Below are positions 57,617-64,000 of a stretch of DNA of 64,000 bases, in pieces. The notes below the pieces were generated by a model, which was not told the origin of the DNA, ran no database searches, and saw nothing but the letters and a program-made list of their open reading frames with translations. The translations under genes and the position numbers were made by a program. Within the stretch, counting starts at the first letter, position 1, and every line of letters begins with the position of its first letter. The stretch comes from an uncultured Sulfolobales archaeon (GTDB taxonomy: Archaea > Thermoproteota > Thermoprotei_A > Sulfolobales > NBVN01): NCBI GenBank assembly GCA_938045815.1, contig CALIBI010000007.1:19864-83863 (forward strand), given 5' to 3'.

Positions 57617-57975
57617 GCTAGAAACACCATGAATAACATCGTAAAAACTACTAGCAAGTTCATGTATAGGGAGGTAAAGGATAGAGCGTCCTCAACAAAC
57701 GAGGTTAAATCTATCAGATCCTTAGCGAACGCTTTATAGTACCTGTAGAGCGAAGACTCACCAACACTAAATATCTTGTATATACGGCTAGCAGCATCAA
57801 GTATGTGGTACGCGAACGATCTCTCTCCTCTCTCAAACTCCTGCCCCACATCATAGTAGAAACTCATCTTGACTGCTGAAGGAGCTAACTTCTTTAAGTA
57901 CTTACGTAGTATGTCACTAAGTCTACTCATGATTGACGCGGACTCAGAACTCAAGGCAGCATTCCCCCCAACCAA
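57604..57975 (-). CDS. Hypothetical 123-aa protein with single C-terminal TM, inside the hydrogenase operon
   Basis: No motif recognised. Overlaps both neighbours (25 and 13 nt). The true start may be an internal Met. Confidence 0.45.
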   Translation of the reverse strand: MVGGNAALSSESASIMSRLSDILRKYLKKLAPSAVKMSFYYDVGQEFERGERSFAYHILDAASRIYKIFSVGESSLYRYYKAFAKDLIDLTSFVEDALSFTSLYMNLLVVFTMLFMVFLAWRP

Positions 57976-59477
57976 GATTCTTCTCTAGCACTCCTTTTTA
58001 TGTAAGAGTAAGTATAGAATATGAGTACAGACATCATTGCTGTAGCTAGACTTATCGGAACCACGTAGATCAAGTCTAGCGAGATTACACCGGTGATCGC
58101 TACAACAACATAGATAGGTATCGTTAACACGATGTTGAGTATTGAGAGTCCTAGTTCTGAAGCTTCAGTACCGGTGCTCGGATTTAGTTCTTTAAGTTTG
58201 CTGGTGGATGTCGCCCCCCAGTAAACAGTTATGTATCTTAAGCCGTAAGCAACAGCTAAAGCAGCACCTAGAGCAGCAACTACTAGGAGTAACGCTGATG
58301 CTGTTGCTGATACCTGGTATACTGATACTAGTCCTGCCAGGAGTAGTATCTTTCCTAGGAATCCTAGTGTTGGTGGCGTGCCTATTAAGGAGAGGATGGA
58401 AAGTAATGCTGTCATGGTGGGTTTACTAGCTACTTTGGCTAGGTATCCTAGCTTGCTTAAGTCTCTGGTGTGCGTTATTATTTCAACAGTGCCTGAATTC
58501 ATGAAGAGAGTAGCTTTAAAAATTCCGTGAGCTACTGAGTAAACTAGTGCTGCAGTGAGGAGTAGGTCTATCTTGTAAGCGCCGTAGGATGCTAGCGCTA
58601 TCGCTATTAAGCTAGTATTCTCGATAGTGCTGTAAGCTAAGATCCTCTTAATATCTGCTTGTATGAGAGCTTGCAAACCACCGTAGATGACCGTTAGTGA
58701 CGCGAGAACTAGTAGTGCTTGATACACGTAAGCAGACTCAATAGCAGGTAACACTAGGTAGAATCCATAAATACCCATCTTAACCATCACTCCAGACAAG
58801 ATTGCTGAGGCCGGGGCTGGTGCTAGCGAGTGCGCGTCAGGCAGCCAGAAATGAAATGGTGCTACGGCGGCTTTCGCGAGCAACCCAACAGCTACTATTA
58901 AGTGCAGTACTGGATTAATGCCTAGTAAGTTAGTGCTTAGTTCGTTAAGAGGTAACTGAAAAGCTTCCGCGAAGCCTAGCCTTATAGCTGTGGATCCAAG
59001 TATCGTGAGAAGAGCTACGTCTGCCGGAACCATAGAAACAAGTAAGTACCTGAGTCCAGCTATTAAAGTCCTTCTCTCCACCTCAAAAACTATTGCAAAG
59101 AAACCTACTATCTCAGCGAAAAGCCAGAACATCACGAAGCCTACTAAATTCTCTGATATGAACACTAAGTAAATACTTAAAGCGAATAGGTCTATCAATA
59201 TCGTTAAGTTTCTTCCCGGGTATTTGTGATGCTCGTAACGCGCAGTATATGGTGTTACGAACAACGCTACTATCGAAGCTAGTAAAGCAAACAAACCTCT
59301 AACAAGACTTAAAGGTTGACTAATTATTACTACAGAGTAGAGTAACATCACTGTGGGAGAACCATACCTCAGGATTAGTGATGCTCGCGGGTGTCTAGTC
59401 TTAACTACGTTACCTACAACGTAGAGCAGGAAAGAGACGAAAGCAATAACGTAAGGATATAACCACCTATCCATCAT
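57951..59477 (-). CDS. Antiporter-like membrane subunit, HycC/HyfB/NuoL-M-N family
   Basis: 508 aa, about 14 TM. WLPDAHSLAPAPASAILSGVMVKMG block. Confidence 0.85.
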   Translation of the reverse strand: MMDRWLYPYVIAFVSFLLYVVGNVVKTRHPRASLILRYGSPTVMLLYSVVIISQPLSLVRGLFALLASIVALFVTPYTARYEHHKYPGRNLTILIDLFALSIYLVFISENLVGFVMFWLFAEIVGFFAIVFEVERRTLIAGLRYLLVSMVPADVALLTILGSTAIRLGFAEAFQLPLNELSTNLLGINPVLHLIVAVGLLAKAAVAPFHFWLPDAHSLAPAPASAILSGVMVKMGIYGFYLVLPAIESAYVYQALLVLASLTVIYGGLQALIQADIKRILAYSTIENTSLIAIALASYGAYKIDLLLTAALVYSVAHGIFKATLFMNSGTVEIITHTRDLSKLGYLAKVASKPTMTALLSILSLIGTPPTLGFLGKILLLAGLVSVYQVSATASALLLVVAALGAALAVAYGLRYITVYWGATSTSKLKELNPSTGTEASELGLSILNIVLTIPIYVVVAITGVISLDLIYVVPISLATAMMSVLIFYTYSYIKRSAREESWLGGMLP

Positions 59478-59504
59478 TTACTACCCCTACTAATACTCTA
59501 GTCT

Positions 59505-59546
59505 CACTACTTAAAAATACATAAATATTTACCCCATTATATAAAG
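59505..59546 (-). promoter_or_regulatory. Candidate internal promoter between Mrp and hydrogenase modules
   Basis: The only sizeable gap (95 nt) in the cluster. Minus strand carries CTTTATATAATGG, AAATATTTATG and TTTTTAAG TATA-like elements 28-69 nt upstream of ATG 59477. Confidence 0.35.
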
Positions 59547-59572
59547 ATCTCCTCAAATCATTTAAATCCATT

Positions 59573-61246
59573 CTAACCACCTCCGAGAACCTTACTTAAC
59601 TCACTCACTGAGTTAACATACTTACTTAAACCTTCAATACTTAACAAATTCTCAGCGTAACTCATAAACACATTAATTACGGCTCCCTGGATGATCATAA
59701 TCCCCAAAACAACTAGTGAGGCCGTTAAGACTAAGAGTATTAGTGTCGGGATGAGTAAGCGGTCTTGCTTTACCTCTTCTTCTTTAGAGCTCCTGCTCAC
59801 GACTAAGGTATAGATGACTTTGAAGTAACCGAGAGCTGAGATTCCCGAAATAAGAATTACGGATATAGCGTGAATAGGTAAACCAGCGTTCATTAATGCG
59901 GTGAACATTATGAACTTACTGAAGAATCCTGCCAGAGGCATAAGACCTAGTAGACTCAGGAAACTTAAAACTATGGAGGCTGTGAGTAGTGGGTATCTAC
60001 TACCTAAGCCCTGCATTTTAGTCAGGTTCGTGGAACCTACTACTACTGAGAGTGTTCCTAAGCCTATAAACAACGCAAACTCACCGATAGCGTGAGTTAT
60101 CATATGGAGTAAGATACCGCTTAGAGCTTCGGCTGAAGCACTTAAGGGAATCTTAGAAACCAGCGCACCAAAAGAAGTAAATATTATCCCGATATGGCTT
60201 ATCGTCGAGTAGGTAAGCAATCTTTTCACGTTTTTCTGGGGGAACATGAGTAAGGCTCCTAAGTAACCCGTAACTAAGCCGAGGAAACTCAGTATCATGA
60301 GGATGAGGTCCCTGAAAGCAATACCCCATAAAGGAAACGCTAATACCGCGCCGTAAGCCGTAAACAGTGTTACGAAGAGTCTGATAACGCCGTAAGTACC
60401 GACCTTATCAACAATTCCCGCGAACAGGGCTGAGGCAGGGGTTGGTGATTCTGTGTAAGCACTAGGCATCCAGTAGTTGTTAGGGAATAAGCCGGCCTCA
60501 AAATTCAGCGCCCATAACATTAGGGCTACTGCTAACGCGGAACTTATGAATACGTTACCATAACACCACTCACCAACACACCTACCAGACCAACTCTCTA
60601 GATACTTAGATATTAACTGAGGGTCTTGGTGTGTCTTAACTACTAAATCCGCGATATTCACTGTTCCGAAGGACGCGTAAATAAAAATAACACCGAAAAA
60701 GAAGAGCATAGTAGCTAGGGCTCCTATAAAGCTGTACGCCACAGAAGCTTCAACAGCCCACTTCCTCCTCCTGAAAAACGCTACTAACGCGTAGGAAGAG
60801 ATGCTGAGTACCTCAAGCATCACGAAAAAATTGAAAAGATCTCCTGTGTAGAGGCAGCCAAGAACACCAGCTAACAGTATGAGGGTTAGTGTTGAGAGCC
60901 ACTCATACCCTGACTCAATCTTACCAAAGTACCAGTACATGTAGAGTGACGAGAAAAAGAATAAGGTAGCTGCTAGGAAGCCTAGAACCCCATTAAGAAA
61001 ATCAACAACGTAAACAATGCCTAGAGGTGGTGGCCACCCACCGAAAGAGTATGTCAGGACATTGCCTTTAACTACTTCTACTAAGTTAATTAATGTCAGA
61101 ACTGCAACTGAGAAGGTAGTTACGGTGGTTATGGTAGCGTAGAGAAAACGAGACCTGAACTTAAGTGTTAGAATAGGCATTATGAAAGCAACTAAGACAG
61201 GCACCACGGTCACTAAACCAACTGAGGGCTCGTTCATTCTGCTCAC
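59573..61246 (-). CDS. MrpD/MbhH/NuoN-like antiporter subunit
   Basis: 557 aa, about 15 TM. WMPSAYTESPTPASALFAGIVDKVG block. Confidence 0.85.
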   Translation of the reverse strand: MSRMNEPSVGLVTVVPVLVAFIMPILTLKFRSRFLYATITTVTTFSVAVLTLINLVEVVKGNVLTYSFGGWPPPLGIVYVVDFLNGVLGFLAATLFFFSSLYMYWYFGKIESGYEWLSTLTLILLAGVLGCLYTGDLFNFFVMLEVLSISSYALVAFFRRRKWAVEASVAYSFIGALATMLFFFGVIFIYASFGTVNIADLVVKTHQDPQLISKYLESWSGRCVGEWCYGNVFISSALAVALMLWALNFEAGLFPNNYWMPSAYTESPTPASALFAGIVDKVGTYGVIRLFVTLFTAYGAVLAFPLWGIAFRDLILMILSFLGLVTGYLGALLMFPQKNVKRLLTYSTISHIGIIFTSFGALVSKIPLSASAEALSGILLHMITHAIGEFALFIGLGTLSVVVGSTNLTKMQGLGSRYPLLTASIVLSFLSLLGLMPLAGFFSKFIMFTALMNAGLPIHAISVILISGISALGYFKVIYTLVVSRSSKEEEVKQDRLLIPTLILLVLTASLVVLGIMIIQGAVINVFMSYAENLLSIEGLSKYVNSVSELSKVLGGG

Positions 61247-61753
61247 CTAATCAAAAATTTTTAAGGCGTATTCGTCAAAAACCTTACTTACCTCCTTATA
61301 GGACTCCTCAGGTTCCGTTGTCTTCGCGTATATCCAGTGAACGTAGATATTCCCTTTCTCCTTATTAAGATCAATAACGACAGTACCTGGAGTATTAGTT
61401 ATGGAGAGAGAAACTAGAGTTATTCCGTAATCGTCCCTAGTTTTTATGGGAATCTTAACTATAGCAGGCCTTAAATCTAGTTTAGGACTTAAACTCAATC
61501 TAATTAGGAGTAAGTGAGCCTTAACTTCGTCTATGAAGAAATACCTAAGAGCAAACCTAACTAAGTTGCTAAACCTCCTCAAACTTATACTCTTCCTCCA
61601 GTCTTCTACTAGCAAGCTTGAGGTGAGTATCCCTACGATGAGAGCTACTAAAACGCCTGTGAAGATATCGTAGAGTCTTAAAGACCCTGTGTACGTCACG
61701 TAGATAATGAATGAGAGTATTACCGGAACTATAGACTTATACAGCCTCTTCAT
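61247..61753 (-). CDS. MrpE/MnhE-like subunit
   Basis: 168 aa. Two N-terminal TM plus soluble domain with SLSITNTPGTVVID. Confidence 0.7.
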   Translation of the reverse strand: MKRLYKSIVPVILSFIIYVTYTGSLRLYDIFTGVLVALIVGILTSSLLVEDWRKSISLRRFSNLVRFALRYFFIDEVKAHLLLIRLSLSPKLDLRPAIVKIPIKTRDDYGITLVSLSITNTPGTVVIDLNKEKGNIYVHWIYAKTTEPEESYKEVSKVFDEYALKIFD

Positions 61754-62183
61754 GTATGTACACCCTCTTGCTTCTGCCTATTTCGTCTACGTTCACTGTC
61801 TTAAAGTGATAACTTACGTGGAGTACTATAGTGGTTAGGAAGAGAGTTACGGCTAGACCTATGACTATGGCTGTCAAAACAAAGGCTTGTGGTAGTGGGT
61901 CAACAGACCTCTCCACAAACTCTCTGAGAGTCTCTGAAGTAGGGCTTAGGTCTGTCAAGACTGGTGGTTGCAGCAGGAGTCCAGGTCTCCAGAGCTTATA
62001 ACCAACTAAGATCGTGAACATATTTACTGTATCCTGAAATATCGTTAGAGCTATGAGTTTCTTCACTAAGTTAGCTTTAGCTACCACGCCGTAAAGCGAT
62101 ATAGCTATGTTGAAGTAGAGCGATATCACAGTAAGCATAAACATAAACTTAATTAACTCAATATCCACGTTCCTCACCCTCAA
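61737..62183 (-). CDS. MrpC/MnhC (NuoK-like) subunit
   Basis: 148 aa (an internal Met at about 62144 may be the true start). LIALTIFQDTVNMFTILVGY. Confidence 0.72.
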   Translation of the reverse strand: MRVRNVDIELIKFMFMLTVISLYFNIAISLYGVVAKANLVKKLIALTIFQDTVNMFTILVGYKLWRPGLLLQPPVLTDLSPTSETLREFVERSVDPLPQAFVLTAIVIGLAVTLFLTTIVLHVSYHFKTVNVDEIGRSKRVYIHEEAV

Positions 62184-62970
62184 GCTCCCGACGTAGCGTG
62201 TCGTCTCTGCTTAGCAGTATAGTGAAGACTAGAGTAAACCCACTAGCAACAGCTAAGAACTCAAAGAGATTAAAGAAGATCAGAGAACCTCCTAAAGGAA
62301 CGTCTAGGAAGTGTGTTGGGTAGGAGAGATTTGATACTGTTTTAGCTTGGTTCTGGAAAATATAGCCTTCTACACCGATTAAGAAACCTAAGACTAAGAG
62401 AGCTACGGAAGTGAAGCCCAGTAGTGTTAGGGATATATTCCTCACGGAAAGCATCTTACTGTAGGTTATTTTTCTCCCAATAAAGAACTGCTTACCGAAA
62501 ACTACCAGTAATAGTAGGGGGGCTACTGAAGCTATTGCTCCGCCCTGGAAGCCCCCGCCAGGTGTTAGGTGTCCGTGAAGAGCTGTTGAAGCAGCTACGG
62601 TCAGTATTGCTAGGGTCACTATGGCGGTAACTCTCTTAACAATAAGGCTTAACCCAGTACTACTAACGAACTCAGGTGCTTTAGCGATGCTTCGGAATAA
62701 GGTTAGAGCAGCGAGTATCGCGCCATAAAAGACTACAGTTTCGAATAGTGTATCAAGACCTCTATAATCCCAGACTATCGCAGCGACTGCCTCAGGTGAC
62801 GCTGTCCACAACCAAGAAACTTCCTGATTGTAGGTTAGGTTTAAGTAATTCTTAGCTATAGTTCTGATGTCTTGAGGCGGTAGATCTCCTAACCCGCCAG
62901 AATAAGTAAGGTATGTGAGGGCTAATATGATCAACACAAGCAACGACATGAAGACAAAATCTCTCAACAC
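62158..62970 (-). CDS. MrpB/MnhB-like subunit (MbhE+MbhF-like fusion)
   Basis: 270 aa. MnhB signatures VWDYRGLDTLFET and HLTPGGGFQGGAI. Confidence 0.8.
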   Translation of the reverse strand: MLRDFVFMSLLVLIILALTYLTYSGGLGDLPPQDIRTIAKNYLNLTYNQEVSWLWTASPEAVAAIVWDYRGLDTLFETVVFYGAILAALTLFRSIAKAPEFVSSTGLSLIVKRVTAIVTLAILTVAASTALHGHLTPGGGFQGGAIASVAPLLLLVVFGKQFFIGRKITYSKMLSVRNISLTLLGFTSVALLVLGFLIGVEGYIFQNQAKTVSNLSYPTHFLDVPLGGSLIFFNLFEFLAVASGFTLVFTILLSRDDTLRRELEGEERGY

Positions 62971-63236
62971 TACGCTACCACCTCGTGCCTGCCGACCTTC
63001 TTAACCAGAAGTATCGCTACCAAGGGATAAATCCCTACAGCTACCGCTACGTACACCAAAACTATGTCAGGAGCTAGTAACAAGAAGTAAATAAGTGCGT
63101 AAGCAACACTCTGAACCGACGAGAAAACTACAGCTAACATTAAATCCTTAGTCCTGATAGCAAGGGAAGTAAATAAAACTGAGGAGAGAGCCGAGATACC
63201 CATAATCAGGAAAATCAGGTCGACATAATCCATCAT
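62970..63236 (-). CDS. MbhD-like small membrane subunit (DUF4040/MrpA C-terminal-like)
   Basis: 88 aa, 3 TM. Position and size as MbhD in Mbh-type clusters. Confidence 0.55.
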   Translation of the reverse strand: MMDYVDLIFLIMGISALSSVLFTSLAIRTKDLMLAVVFSSVQSVAYALIYFLLLAPDIVLVYVAVAVGIYPLVAILLVKKVGRHEVVA

Positions 63237-63619
63237 ACCTCACCCTTACTCCTATCTTCTTCCAGCTGATCCGTGATGACGGGTTTCACGGGCGCGGCTT
63301 TAGCCCTGTGCGTAGCTCTAGCTAGCGCGTGGCTACCTGCGCCAGCAAGCAGCAACTCTATGAAAGCAACAACTAGTGAAGCGCCGCACAAAAACCATCT
63401 GTAAGGCCCTAAGAAATCAGCACCCGCAGCTACTAAAGCAACACCTATTATGGGTAGGAAAGCACCCCCTATACTACCTACGGTAGCAGCATGTAATCTC
63501 GTGTAAAAGTTTGGGAATCTTATCATAGCTATTGAAGCAACTAAGTCGAAGAAAACTCCCGCAGTTATGAAGACCTGACCCAATATAACTAAGAACCACT
63601 CGATTAGTGTAGTCATCAT
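63233..63619 (-). CDS. MrpG/MnhG-like subunit
   Basis: 128 aa. IAMIRFPNFYTRLHAATVGSIGG (R.PD.Y.R.HA pattern). Confidence 0.8.
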   Translation of the reverse strand: MMTTLIEWFLVILGQVFITAGVFFDLVASIAMIRFPNFYTRLHAATVGSIGGAFLPIIGVALVAAGADFLGPYRWFLCGASLVVAFIELLLAGAGSHALARATHRAKAAPVKPVITDQLEEDRSKGEV

Positions 63620-63906
63620 TAATCACCTAACTCTTTAGCTTCGAGGTATTTAGCTACGTAAATATCTAGAGAAAATATCCATAAAATCAAGGCAACCCCG
63701 CAAACAATTAGTAGAGGAGATCTTAAAATGATTGTTAAGATGATCATGAAAGCCGCCAAATCATAACCTAGTGCGTCAACAGCTAAGACCCTGTCAGATA
63801 GTGTAGGACCCTTAATTATTCTAACCATGTATAGAAGAAATGCAGTAAAGTAAGGAATCATAAGAGCGGTAAGGTATGTAGTCACCAGCCATTCCAGATC
63901 GGGCAT
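63619..63906 (-). CDS. MrpF/MnhF-like subunit
   Basis: 95 aa, 3 TM. RIIKGPTLSDRVLAVDAL motif. TTAAATAT element about 15-20 nt upstream of the ATG. Confidence 0.8.
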   Translation of the reverse strand: MPDLEWLVTTYLTALMIPYFTAFLLYMVRIIKGPTLSDRVLAVDALGYDLAAFMIILTIILRSPLLIVCGVALILWIFSLDIYVAKYLEAKELGD

Positions 63907-64000
63907 GAAATCCGACCCATATTTAAGGATTAAGACGCCTTTTTAAGCATTATTTTAACGGTTTAGTAAGCTTCCAAAACCACATTTCTTTTGATGATCT

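Noticed and set aside
54106-60095. Track ORFs 54106-54294, 54785-54994, 55191-55385, 55904-56125, 56658-56840, 58208-58429, 58990-59172 and 59901-60095
   Set aside because: Antisense or alternative-frame ORFs inside hydrogenase/Mrp genes. 56658-56840 merely spans the HycD-like/HycE-like junction in another frame.

Overview
AT-rich, gene-dense chromosomal segment of about 60 genes, mostly on the minus strand. It looks like an anaerobic hyperthermophilic crenarchaeon of the Desulfurococcales type. Archaeal hallmarks are Taw1, archaeal-type inositol-phosphate synthase, a short PurA, a C/D box sRNA, TATA-box and leaderless starts, and GAGGTGAT Shine-Dalgarno sites inside operons. All family calls rest on motif and colinearity recognition from memory; no database search was possible. 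Content from left to right:
- ion permease, DUF2148, radical SAM enzyme, tyrosine phosphatase, thiI, pyrB
- a GC-richer decayed region
- orphan OadB-like Na+ pump subunit, MFS transporter, MoaD-like Gly-Gly protein, one C/D box sRNA
- a first TldD/PmbA pair, surE, DapA-family aldolase
- a locus of uncharacterised secreted or anchored proteins
- NhaC, DDAH-like, HD hydrolase, a second decayed gene
- a second TldD/PmbA pair, taw1
- a purine block (PRT, guaA, FAD protein, purA)
- DUF2070, KaiC-like ATPase, MATE/PadR pair, OCD-family dehydrogenase, radical SAM enzyme
- a ValRS-like gene with degenerate class-I signatures
- MIPS, asparaginase, folE, CDF, Ca-type P-ATPase, IMPase

The stand-out is the right-hand 12 kb (52093-63906). 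It holds an Mrp antiporter module followed by a formate-hydrogenlyase-type (hyc-order) [NiFe] hydrogenase core. The operon ends not with a formate dehydrogenase but with a GltD-like NAD(P)H flavoprotein and a HycB-like polyferredoxin. This suggests a pyridine-nucleotide-linked, ion-coupled hydrogenase. Secondary themes are several genes with lesions at their 5' ends and two multi-frameshift relics. No CRISPR array, tRNA, rRNA, IS element or integrase was seen.
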